From: an uncultured bacterium
GTDB lineage: Bacteria; Chloroflexota; UBA5177; JANWHV01
Direction of reading: 5' to 3'
Assembly (NCBI GenBank): GCA_963827235.1
Contig: CAWHAE010000014.1
Location: forward strand, 96,001 to 160,000
Length of the DNA stretch: 64,000 nt
The notes below the pieces were generated by a model, which did not search any database, was not told the DNA's origin, and saw only the letters and a program-made list of their open reading frames with translations. Below, piece by piece: positions 8,935 to 18,226 of this stretch (position 1 is its first letter; each line of letters begins with the position of its first letter). A program made the translations under genes and the position numbers.

Positions 8935-9125
8935 TGTATCCCTTTCCCGAGCCTACACTCCGCCACGGAGAGCATACGAAGCCACAAGCACACGTCTACC
9001 TCACCACGCCAGGGCTCAAGCAGTCACTAGGCGTGGTAGCGCCGCTCTGTCGAGACACCCCCTTTGCTCAAGGCCTGCCTGCGATCGGCGCGCAGGCAGG
9101 GGCATTTCCAGTGATGCGGTACCGT

Positions 9126-9638
9126 TCACTTGCTGGACGGCAAACCGAAGTTTCTGTGCAAGGTGAGGGCGTAGCGCGTCTTCGAGGCCATGGCAATCTG
9201 CCCTACCAGGTCACCACGGGTCGTGCGCCGCACATAGAGGTATCCGAGCAAGGGCGTGCCGAGCGGACCAAGTACTTCAATGGTCATCCTGTTCAGAGCC
9301 GTCAGATGGAAGTTGTAGACGGTGACCACCGAGCTGGTTGGAAAGCCGTTTGCGTCGTAGCCATAGATGGTAGCCACACCCTGCAGGTAGCCAATGGGAT
9401 TCAGCTCAATCAGCAGCTGAAGCTGTCGCAGTCGAGCCGCGGGCGCCGCGGACTGCAGACTGTACTGCCCGGGATAGAGAACAGCCACCTGCCTGGGGAC
9501 TCGATACAACGCGGGAACGGGCGTTGTAGACGTGTTGCCCGTTGTGGCAGATGCCGTTCCGGCGCCGAACAATCCGACTGCCGCCAGCACCATAGCCAGG
9601 CTTCGAAGCAGACGTGTCATCCGGACCGCTCGCGTCAC
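9126..9638 (-). CDS. Hypothetical secreted beta-rich protein
   Basis: AAGGAG RBS before GTG 9638, signal peptide ending ASA, alternating beta-strand pattern. Confidence 0.7.
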   Translation of the reverse strand: MTRAVRMTRLLRSLAMVLAAVGLFGAGTASATTGNTSTTPVPALYRVPRQVAVLYPGQYSLQSAAPAARLRQLQLLIELNPIGYLQGVATIYGYDANGFPTSSVVTVYNFHLTALNRMTIEVLGPLGTPLLGYLYVRRTTRGDLVGQIAMASKTRYALTLHRNFGLPSSK

Positions 9639-10349
9639 AACACAACTCCTTCGCGCATTTGCGGTGTCGCCCTGCCTCCGATCGCTACGGCAACCGGGTC
9701 TCGCGGCGCCAGCACACGCGACACCAAACATGCTCTCTCGGAACATGATCCATTCGGGAACTCGGTACCTCGAGTCCGGCGCAGTCAGCCACGGCGGGAC
9801 CGTGACTAGTGCCAGGCCGCTACCGGCCGATGCTCAGGGCGGACTAACTGCGGTCAGTCGGCTCGGCAAGGAGTGCCTGCCAACTCGCTTCTTCAATCAA
9901 CGGATGAGCACACCAGTCTCATCGTTCCATGCCGAATCGGCGCCCGTCAGCTGAGCCATCGACCCCCCCACTCTTCGAACTCACACCACCCCAATTGCGT
10001 TACTTTCATTTTTATCACATCTATTTTGTTTTATCAATTGGTGATGGCGGAGGAATTGTTCTCAGGCGGTGACCATGTGCCGGTCGGCGATATCGTGGAT
10101 CTGGGGGTGTGGTCCCGGCATCGTCACACGCTTCGCACTTCGCGTTCTGCGGCTTCGTCGTGGCTGGAGGGCGGATATAATGGACTTCGAGTTCATGGCT
10201 CGTTGTGGGAGTCGTCGGCTTGCGAGAGGAACTGCGGTGATCGTTCGACGAATGACCGGCGGCGGCGAGATAGGCGCGAACGGGCCGTCGGTTCATGCTC
10301 CCGGCCATCCAGGCCGGCAGAGCCGGGCGGCACCGATCACGCAAGCCTC

Positions 10350-11231
10350 ATGATCGCTGAGACGGGTGAGCGCCCCGCGAGTGGCTCCCTTCCACCGGAA
10401 GATCGCCGCACCAGCGCGCTTGAGATCGTGGTACGCCCCAGCAAGGGGTTTGTGCCGCTCAATCTTCGCGAGCTGTGGAACTACCGTAACCTCCTGTACT
10501 TCCTGGCTTGGCGCGACATCAAGGTGCGCTACAAGCAGACGGTTCTCGGCGCCGCTTGGGCTGTCCTGCAGCCGGTGCTGAACATGGTCGTGTTCACCAT
10601 TATCTTCGGTAGGGTGGCCCACATCCAGACTGACGGCCCTTACCAGCTGTTCAGCTTCACGGCGCTCGTGCCCTGGACGTTCTTCGCCTATGCCATGACG
10701 CAGTCGGCCAACAGCTTGGTCAACAGCTCCTTCCTGGTCTCGAAAGTCTATCTCCCGCGCCTGATTATCCCTGTTGCCAGTGCCATGGCCGGTCTGGTCG
10801 ACTTCATACTGGCTTTCGTCGTTCTGCTCGGCATGATGGTGTACTATCGCGTCGCACCCACGCCTGCGCTGGTGATGCTTCCGGCCTTTGTGCTGCTGGC
10901 CCTGCTTGCCGCCCTCGCGGTCGGTATCGGTCTTTCGGCGGTGAATGTGCAATATCGCGATGTTCGCTACCTGGTGCCGTTTCTCAGCCAGATGTGGATG
11001 TACGCGACTCCGGTCGTCTATCCGATCAACCTGGCACATGGCACGCTGCACACGGTGCTGTCCCTCAATCCAATGACGGGCGTCGTGGAGGGTTTCCGGT
11101 GGGCGTTGTTGGGCAGGCAGGGACTGGACACGGGCGCGCTCCTCGCGTCGGCGGCGGTCACGCTGGCAGGCCTGACCCTGAGCCTGTTCTATTTTCGCCG
11201 AGTCGAGAAGCAGTTCGCGGACGTGGTGTAG
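10350..11231 (+). CDS. wzm: Polysaccharide ABC exporter permease (Wzm/RfbA type)
   Basis: RDIKVRYKQTVLGAAWAVLQP, KVYLPR, YRDVRY, YATPVVYP, LNPMT. Confidence 0.93.
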   Translation: MIAETGERPASGSLPPEDRRTSALEIVVRPSKGFVPLNLRELWNYRNLLYFLAWRDIKVRYKQTVLGAAWAVLQPVLNMVVFTIIFGRVAHIQTDGPYQLFSFTALVPWTFFAYAMTQSANSLVNSSFLVSKVYLPRLIIPVASAMAGLVDFILAFVVLLGMMVYYRVAPTPALVMLPAFVLLALLAALAVGIGLSAVNVQYRDVRYLVPFLSQMWMYATPVVYPINLAHGTLHTVLSLNPMTGVVEGFRWALLGRQGLDTGALLASAAVTLAGLTLSLFYFRRVEKQFADVV

Positions 11232-11234
11232 AGT

Positions 11235-12521
11235 ATGAGCGACCGCGTCATCCGCGTGGCAGGACTGGGCAAGAAGTACCGCATGGGCGCCCGATTGCAG
11301 CCTTATCGGACTCTCCGAGACAGCTTGTCCGGTGCAGTGCTGATGCCGTGGAAGATGGCGTCTCACGCCCTTACTGGTCGGCCACTCCGCACTCCACGGC
11401 CGGAGTTTTGGGCCCTGCGCGACGTCGACTTCGAGGTGTGCCGTGGTGAGACACTCGGCATTATAGGCAGGAACGGCGCGGGCAAGAGCACCCTGCTGAA
11501 GCTGCTGAGCCGCATCACCGAGCCGACCGAAGGGGAAATCCGCATCAGAGGGCGCATTGCCTCCTTGCTCGAGGTGGGAACCGGTTTTCATCCCGAGCTG
11601 TCGGGCCGGGAGAACGTCTTTCTCAACGGTGCGATTCTCGGCATGTCCAGGTCGGAGATCGCACGCAAGTTCGACGAGATCGTAGCTTTCGCGGAGGTCG
11701 AAGACTTTATCGACACGCAGGTCAAACACTATTCCAGCGGCATGTACATGCGCCTGGCCTTTTCGGTGGCAGCGCATCTCGAGCCCGATATCTTGATCGT
11801 GGACGAGGTACTGGCCGTGGGCGACGCCGCGTTTCAACAGAAGTGTCTCGGCAAGATGGGACAGGTGAGCGCTCTGGGCAGGACCGTGCTGTTCGTCAGC
11901 CACAACATCGAGGCGGTGCGAACCCTCTGCAATTCGACCATACTTATCGAGCGGGGAAAAGTAGCCTTCAACGGCACAACCGAAGAAGCTATTCGCACGT
12001 ACGAGCTCAGTTACGAACCCAACGTGGTCCAGCAGACGACCGCCGGAGTGATCTATGAGAGCCGAGAGGAACAGAAAGACCAGGCTTGTTATGTCGAGAG
12101 GGTCGAGCTGCTCGACGGCGACGGAAACAGACTCGCAGAGGTTGGGACGTGGGATCCCGTCCGCTTCCGTATCTGGTATCGCTCGCGGACGCGCATTCCT
12201 GACTCATCGGTGGAGTTCTGGCTCAGGTCCAGGATGGGCGCCAAGCTTCTGGTCTTCTCGACCCAACCGGACTCGGACGTAGCACTCGACTTGCTACCGG
12301 GCCTGCATTATGTCGATTGCTTTGTGCCCCACATGCCATTGTCGGCCGGAGAGTATCTGTTTGGGGTAGGACTTGCGAAGCCGGGCGTGCACTTCTACTT
12401 CCAGGATGGCGAGTCCGCGGTGTTCGAGGTCAAAGGGCGCGAGGTGCTGCGCTCTGGCTCGCGTCCATCGGCCGACAAGGCGCTGGTAGTCGTTCCACAC
12501 TCGTGGTCAGTCGGCGACTGA
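11235..12521 (+). CDS. wzt: Polysaccharide ABC exporter ATPase with Wzt C-terminal domain
   Basis: GRNGAGKST, YSSGM, ILIVDEVLAVGD, SH motif, plus a C-terminal carbohydrate-binding extension. Confidence 0.93.
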   Translation: MSDRVIRVAGLGKKYRMGARLQPYRTLRDSLSGAVLMPWKMASHALTGRPLRTPRPEFWALRDVDFEVCRGETLGIIGRNGAGKSTLLKLLSRITEPTEGEIRIRGRIASLLEVGTGFHPELSGRENVFLNGAILGMSRSEIARKFDEIVAFAEVEDFIDTQVKHYSSGMYMRLAFSVAAHLEPDILIVDEVLAVGDAAFQQKCLGKMGQVSALGRTVLFVSHNIEAVRTLCNSTILIERGKVAFNGTTEEAIRTYELSYEPNVVQQTTAGVIYESREEQKDQACYVERVELLDGDGNRLAEVGTWDPVRFRIWYRSRTRIPDSSVEFWLRSRMGAKLLVFSTQPDSDVALDLLPGLHYVDCFVPHMPLSAGEYLFGVGLAKPGVHFYFQDGESAVFEVKGREVLRSGSRPSADKALVVVPHSWSVGD

Positions 12522-13882
12522 GCGCCTGCTCCTGCCAGCAGCCCGTCGATTTCGGACTGTACGCAACGCGCAGTGTTGATCCACGTTGGCGAGACGTAGG
12601 AGCGGGCGATCGTGTTCTCCTTTTCCTCGAGCGCACAGTGATTCTCGGCGTAGAACTGGATCCTCTCGGCCCACGCTCGCACGTCCCAGGGATCGAGGAG
12701 CTCGGCAAAACCCGCGCCTGCTTCGGGCATTGACGACCGATCGGACGCCAGCACGAACTTGCCGTCACGAAGGCTCTCCGCTATGGGCAAGCCCCAGCCT
12801 TCGTACAGCGAAGGGTACACGGTGAACAGGCAGTGCTCGTACAGCCACCGGAGCTGACCGTCACCGATCCGGTGCAACACGAAAAAGTCGCCCTTTACCC
12901 GCGGATCGGTTTCGATATCTGAGAGAACATCATCAGTGCCCCATCCAGGCGCGCCTACGAGCACGCACTTCGGCGGTATCCTGCCAAGCCGCTCTCGTAT
13001 TGTCACGTACGCCTTGTACAGCACTTCGTGGTTCTTCCGTCGCTCTATCGTCGACACATACAGCACGAACCGGTGATGAGTCAGGAAGTCAAGGTCACCA
13101 GGGTCGCTCTGCGCGTGCTGCGCATCGGCGCCCAGGTACAAGGTAACCAGACGGGGCCGCCGCAGCGCCAGGCCGGCTAGAAAGGCCTCGAAGTCGTCCC
13201 GGGTGTTTCTCGAGATGCAGAGCACCGTGTCCGCCGCTGCCGCAAGGTCCGCTAGATGGTCTCTGAATCGCGTCGTCGCGTCTGCCATGCACAGATGCGG
13301 GAGGAGCAGCGGAATGAGATCGTGGCAGCAGAGCATAGTCCGGATCCCTCGGTTCCTGAGACCCTCGATATGCAGCACTTTGGTGGGCGGCACCCACTCG
13401 CCTCCAACCGAGGCGTAGATGTCTCCGTCTTGGAATCGGATCACTCGGGAGTCGTGGACGAAAGTCGCCTCGGGAGCGGCATTATCTACGCGCCGTCTTG
13501 CCCGGGCGACGATTGACAGGGCTGGGAAGACTGTGCGTTTCGCTGCCCACACGCTCAGCTTCAGGGTGGATCGCAGTGGCGCCGGTGCGCCCCGCAATGC
13601 ACCGCCGTATAGAGCTATCGCCCGGCCTCGCAACGATTGGTCGTTTCGCCCCGGCTCCGGCACCTTCAACACAGTCTCGCCGCTGCGCAGTGCGCGCACT
13701 CGCTCGGTAAACACATCTCGTTCGATGTGTACGAAGTCACCGGCACTCTCATCGTATACGCACAGACCCAACTCATCGCCGTGCATATCGAGCAACCGGA
13801 CACCGATCTCCGTCTGCATGCGGACAATTCCGCTTGGTGGCACAAACCAGGCCATGGTGTTCGACACATCGAACCAGATCAA
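12395..13882 (-). CDS. GT4 (GT-B) glycosyltransferase
   Basis: YVSTIERRKNH, PSLYEGWGLPIAE. The 3' end overlaps wzt convergently. Confidence 0.9.
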   Translation of the reverse strand: MIWFDVSNTMAWFVPPSGIVRMQTEIGVRLLDMHGDELGLCVYDESAGDFVHIERDVFTERVRALRSGETVLKVPEPGRNDQSLRGRAIALYGGALRGAPAPLRSTLKLSVWAAKRTVFPALSIVARARRRVDNAAPEATFVHDSRVIRFQDGDIYASVGGEWVPPTKVLHIEGLRNRGIRTMLCCHDLIPLLLPHLCMADATTRFRDHLADLAAAADTVLCISRNTRDDFEAFLAGLALRRPRLVTLYLGADAQHAQSDPGDLDFLTHHRFVLYVSTIERRKNHEVLYKAYVTIRERLGRIPPKCVLVGAPGWGTDDVLSDIETDPRVKGDFFVLHRIGDGQLRWLYEHCLFTVYPSLYEGWGLPIAESLRDGKFVLASDRSSMPEAGAGFAELLDPWDVRAWAERIQFYAENHCALEEKENTIARSYVSPTWINTARCVQSEIDGLLAGAGAQSPTDHECGTTTSALSADGREPERSTSRPLTSNTADSPSWK

Positions 13883-13941
13883 GGCGGACTCCCTACCAGA
13901 TCGATGTCGCGCTCAGTAGGCCGTTCCTACCTCACGCGACA

Positions 13942-15282
13942 TCATGAGATCACCCGCATTCCACCGGGCACTCGTTGCTCGATGTGCTCCACCAGGCTCG
14001 CGGCCGAGTCATCCCAAGTCGGAGCGGCGAAACCATCTCGAATCCGGGCCTCACGTTCCAGGAGTGCGACGCGGTTGCCCGAGTAGAACATCATCTGCTC
14101 GGACCATGCCGATACGTCCCACGGATCCAGGTACTCTACGAGATCTCCGCCCACTTCCCGGATCGACGACGTGTCGGCAGCGAGCACGAGCTTGCCATGT
14201 GAAAGACTTTCGACGATCGGCAATCCCCACCCTTCGTAGAGCGATGGAAACACGGTGAACAGGCAGTTGTCATACAGCCAGCGGACTTCGCCGTCGCTCG
14301 CACCCGTGAGAATCAGAAAATTGCCCTTCACACGCGGATCGAGGGTGATGTCGGAGACAATCTCCGCCGCGGTACGGCTGGGCATGCCAACCAGGACGCA
14401 CTGCGGCGGATCTGTCCGGTGCTTTTCGTGTAGAGATACATACGCCTTGTACAGGACTTCATGGTTCTTCCGCCTGTCGAGCGTCGCTACGTAAAGTATG
14501 AATCGAGGCGCGACCGACGGCACCGGCACGGGCTGCGCCAGCGTGTAGTCGCTGCCCAAACGAAGCAGGCCGGCGCGAGCCGGCGGAGTGCCCTGTGCCC
14601 TGGCGAACTCGGTCAAGTCACGCATCGTGCAGTGCGAGATGCACAAGACGGAGTCGGCCGCCCGCAACATGCCGCGAACGTACTCCGTAAATCGCGCAGT
14701 CTCCTCTGGGCCGTAGAGCTGAGGAAACAGGTACGGGATCAGGTCGTAGCACAGTAGCACGGTCCGCACGCCGTTGGCGCGCAGCGCGCCGATCTGATCC
14801 ATTTTGCCGGGAGACTTCCAATCACCTCCGAGAGAAACGTACACGTCACCGGCTGCGAACGGTGCCAGAACCGCGGCGCCGCCTTCAACGCCGGCGTGGC
14901 TCGAGGTAATTACCCCTCTTCGCCCGTCGGACGATACCTTGATCGAAGCAGCAGACCGCTTGGCTAGCCGCACCAGCAGTCTCAAAGGCTCGCGCAGTGC
15001 GAACGGTCCATGATTGAGCACAAATCCGTAGACCGATTGCAGCCTGTGAAAGGTTGTCCGGGGCGGGTGCGCGCGCGAGGTCTCGCTCTGGTGCAGCAAG
15101 GCGACCTTTGCCTCGAATGCGTCGACCTGTACGGATCTGAATGACCGATCGATGTACCTGCAGAACCGCACTCCGGCGCCGGGACCTGCGCCCAATCGCC
15201 TGCCGATCTCAACTTGCGCCCGGATTATCCCTACAGGGGGTCGCCACCACTCAAGTACGTCGGTAACGTCAAACCAGATCAA
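13942..15282 (-). CDS. GT4 glycosyltransferase
   Basis: TTG start (IWFDV), YVATLDRRKNH, PSLYEGWGLPIVE. Confidence 0.9.
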   Translation of the reverse strand: MIWFDVTDVLEWWRPPVGIIRAQVEIGRRLGAGPGAGVRFCRYIDRSFRSVQVDAFEAKVALLHQSETSRAHPPRTTFHRLQSVYGFVLNHGPFALREPLRLLVRLAKRSAASIKVSSDGRRGVITSSHAGVEGGAAVLAPFAAGDVYVSLGGDWKSPGKMDQIGALRANGVRTVLLCYDLIPYLFPQLYGPEETARFTEYVRGMLRAADSVLCISHCTMRDLTEFARAQGTPPARAGLLRLGSDYTLAQPVPVPSVAPRFILYVATLDRRKNHEVLYKAYVSLHEKHRTDPPQCVLVGMPSRTAAEIVSDITLDPRVKGNFLILTGASDGEVRWLYDNCLFTVFPSLYEGWGLPIVESLSHGKLVLAADTSSIREVGGDLVEYLDPWDVSAWSEQMMFYSGNRVALLEREARIRDGFAAPTWDDSAASLVEHIEQRVPGGMRVIS

Positions 15283-15414
15283 ACGTGCACCCTTGTCACG
15301 ATTTGCCGGGTGTGCTCCGCCAGAACTGCTCGATCGCGGCCCGCGCCGGCCGCATGACACTGCGCAGCCTCGGCGAAGGGCTCGGCGAGAGCCAACACCT
15401 GACTTTCGACAGCA

Positions 15415-16728
15415 TTATACTTGCTGACCACCTGTGGGGTCTCCTTCGATCGCCTCACGAACGGCCTCCAGGCTTTCCTTCCAGGTAGGCGGATGGTACT
15501 CGAGACGTATGCGCTCCTCGCGTGCCTGAAGCAGCGCACGGTCCTCCGCGTAGGTAACGATGCGCTCGGCCCAACTGTTCACGTCCCATGGCTCCAGGTA
15601 TTCGACGAGCGGGCCGCCCGCCTCCGGAATGGACGATCGGCCGGTGGCAAGCACGAACTTGCCGTTCTTCAGACTCTCGGCAACCGGCAGTCCCCAGCCC
15701 TCGTAAAGTGACGGGAAAACCGTAAACAGACAGTTCTCGTAGAGCCACTGCAGCTCTCCATCGCTGACTCGGTTCAGTACCAGGAAGTCACCGCTGACCC
15801 TCGGGTCCTGCGAAAGGTCCGCGATCAAATTCTCGACCCCCCAGCCCGTTGCGCCGACCAGCACGCAGAGCGGGGGCCGCCTGCGGAGCTTGCTATGGAT
15901 CGTCACGTACGCCTTGTAGAGCGTCTCGTGATTCTTCCGGCGCTCCAGGGTCGAGACGTAGAGGATGAAGTCTCGAGAAAGCTGTTCGCGCAAGCGTCCC
16001 GGCGTGCTCACGAACGACCTGCCGTCGGCACCCAGGTAGAACGTCCTCAGCTGTGGATGCGAGGCACCGGACCTGGCGAAATAGGCTTCCAGATCCCTGC
16101 GGGTGCTCTCGGAGATGCACATAATGCTGTCGGCAGCGCGGCCGAGCTGGCTCAAGTACGCGGGGAACAGCTTAGCAGTCTGCTCGTACGAAAGGTGCGG
16201 GAACAGGTAGGGGATGAGGTCGTAGCAGCAGAGGATAGTACGAACGCCGCGAGAACGAAGCTCCGCGATGCGACCGACCTTGTCCTCAGGCACCCAGTCG
16301 GCCCCGAAGGAGATGTACGTGTCGCCGCTCGACATTCGGCATTCCGCACTCCTGCCGCCGGCTCCTCTGCCTCTCGTGGCGCTGTCGATCGGCATGTGCA
16401 GGCGCGACGCGGTCCGCACGAGGAACCTGAGCACCGGTCGCGCCACGCCGGGTCCGTACCGGATCGCCGAGGCGTAGAACCTGTGGAGCAGGCCGCGCGG
16501 AGAAGCATTGGCGTCGTCGGGTGTGTCGGAATGCGGACTCTCGAGCATTCGCACGTGCGCTTCGAATGTCACGCGAGGAACGGGCACAAACTGGCCACTG
16601 CGAAAAATGCATAGCCGAGCTGCCGGCACGAGAGAGAAGAGCTGGCGGGAGATCTCGATCTGCGTCCTGACCATGCCCGAGGGAGGTCGACGCCAGCGCA
16701 TGACGGCGGTGACGTCAAACCAGATCAC
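15415..16728 (-). CDS. GT4 glycosyltransferase
   Basis: GTG start (IWFDV), YVSTLERRKNH, PSLYEGWGLPVAE. Confidence 0.9.
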   Translation of the reverse strand: MIWFDVTAVMRWRRPPSGMVRTQIEISRQLFSLVPAARLCIFRSGQFVPVPRVTFEAHVRMLESPHSDTPDDANASPRGLLHRFYASAIRYGPGVARPVLRFLVRTASRLHMPIDSATRGRGAGGRSAECRMSSGDTYISFGADWVPEDKVGRIAELRSRGVRTILCCYDLIPYLFPHLSYEQTAKLFPAYLSQLGRAADSIMCISESTRRDLEAYFARSGASHPQLRTFYLGADGRSFVSTPGRLREQLSRDFILYVSTLERRKNHETLYKAYVTIHSKLRRRPPLCVLVGATGWGVENLIADLSQDPRVSGDFLVLNRVSDGELQWLYENCLFTVFPSLYEGWGLPVAESLKNGKFVLATGRSSIPEAGGPLVEYLEPWDVNSWAERIVTYAEDRALLQAREERIRLEYHPPTWKESLEAVREAIEGDPTGGQQV

Positions 16729-16911
16729 AGTTCTCTCCCAGCTTTGATAGACGCAGTCAAGCGGGCGCAGGCCTCCAACGACCGCGGCGACCGAGCGGTT
16801 CCTCGAGCCATTATAGCTGTGGGCGCATGCCCGGGGTATCATGTTCGCTGACACGCCGCCCTTGCAGCCGGGCAGCGGCTCTGCCGGTGAAATCGCTTAA
16901 TTGGAGGCGAC

Positions 16912-18054
16912 ATGCGGATCGCGATCGATCTCACGCCGACGGTGCAGAGCCACGCCGGGTTGGGTCGCTATGCCGGTGAGCTTGCGCGCGCGCTGCAGTC
17001 GTCGGCACCGGCGGACGAGCGCTACTCGATCTTCTACGACGATCCCTCCGGCCGACTGCCGCCCTCCCCTCTGGATGAGCTGCCAAGGCAGGCTTTGGCC
17101 ATGAACAATAAGCTGTGGCGGGCGACCGTGGCGACCGCCTACGCCGCTCGACTGGGCCAGGATCGCCTGATTGGCTCCCCAGATGTATTCCTGGCCACGG
17201 ACCACCTTCTACCCCGTCTCGCAAAGGCCTCGTCGGTGTTCCTGCTGGCGGACGTGACCTTTCTCACGCATCCGGAGATGCACTCGGTCATGAATCGCGG
17301 CTACCTGCGCATCATGATGCCCCATTTCCTCCGTGCCGCCGATCGAGTCATCACGATTTCCAGCTGTAGCCTCGAGCGAGCGGTTGCCTACTACCCGTTG
17401 GTCAAGCGCAAGATACACGTCGTGTATCCCGGCGTGCCGAGCTGGGCCGCGCCGGTCGACGATGGTGCCGCGCTGCGCGCCGTGCGCGAGCGCCTCGCGC
17501 TTCCCGCGCGGTTTCTGCTGTACGTGGGCATGATCGAGCCGAGAAAGAACCTGGCCACCCTGGTGGATGCATTTGCGCGGGCACATCTGGGCGGCGTGGG
17601 ACTGGTGATCGCGGGCAGGACTGGCTGGATGTCGAGCGCTATCTTCGAACAGGTGCGAAGGCTTGCTCTAGAGCACCTGGTGACGTTCGCCGGCTTCGTG
17701 CCCGACGAGGATCTGCCGGCGCTCTATTCTGCTGCCGAGGCCTTTGTATTTCCTTCCGTCTATGAGGGCTTCGGCCTTCCGGTGCTCGAAGCGATGGCGT
17801 GCGGTGCGCCCGTGATCTGCTCGAACGCGTCCAGTCTCCCGGAGGTGGCCGGTGATGCGGCGGTTCTGCTCCCTCCACGGGACGCGGACAGCTGGGCGCG
17901 CGCTATGGTCGAGATCGTGGGCAATCCAGGACTCAAGCGAGATCTCGGCGAGCGCGGTCTTCGGCGCTCCGCTCGATTCACGTGGCGCGCAGCCGCCGAT
18001 CAGACGCGCCGGCTGCTGCGGGAAGTGGCGGACCGGCGAGTGCCGGTCAACTGA
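16912..18054 (+). CDS. GT4 glycosyltransferase
   Basis: MRIAID..GLGRYA, EPRKN, PSVYEGFGLPVLEAMACG. Confidence 0.92.
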   Translation: MRIAIDLTPTVQSHAGLGRYAGELARALQSSAPADERYSIFYDDPSGRLPPSPLDELPRQALAMNNKLWRATVATAYAARLGQDRLIGSPDVFLATDHLLPRLAKASSVFLLADVTFLTHPEMHSVMNRGYLRIMMPHFLRAADRVITISSCSLERAVAYYPLVKRKIHVVYPGVPSWAAPVDDGAALRAVRERLALPARFLLYVGMIEPRKNLATLVDAFARAHLGGVGLVIAGRTGWMSSAIFEQVRRLALEHLVTFAGFVPDEDLPALYSAAEAFVFPSVYEGFGLPVLEAMACGAPVICSNASSLPEVAGDAAVLLPPRDADSWARAMVEIVGNPGLKRDLGERGLRRSARFTWRAAADQTRRLLREVADRRVPVN

Positions 18055-18226
18055 CCGGCGTCTAGCCTCGGCTACGCCGGATCTTCCTACCGCGCCCGGT
18101 GCCGGTAGGGTCCCGGAGACCGGGAGTTTACTTGGCCGCCTCCTCCCAGGTGATTGCGAGCGCCCGCATACCCTGCTACGGTGTGCAGCGTAGAGACCAT
18201 GCGGAGGGCTGAATACTCATGACCCC

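Noticed and set aside
8934-9809. 291-aa plus-strand ORF
   Set aside because: Antisense to 9126..9638, which has an RBS and a signal peptide.
10293-11903. Long minus-strand ORF (536 aa), and similar ones at 22473-23558, 41858-42949 and 44260-45576
   Set aside because: Antisense or alternate-frame shadows of well-supported genes, common in GC-rich DNA.
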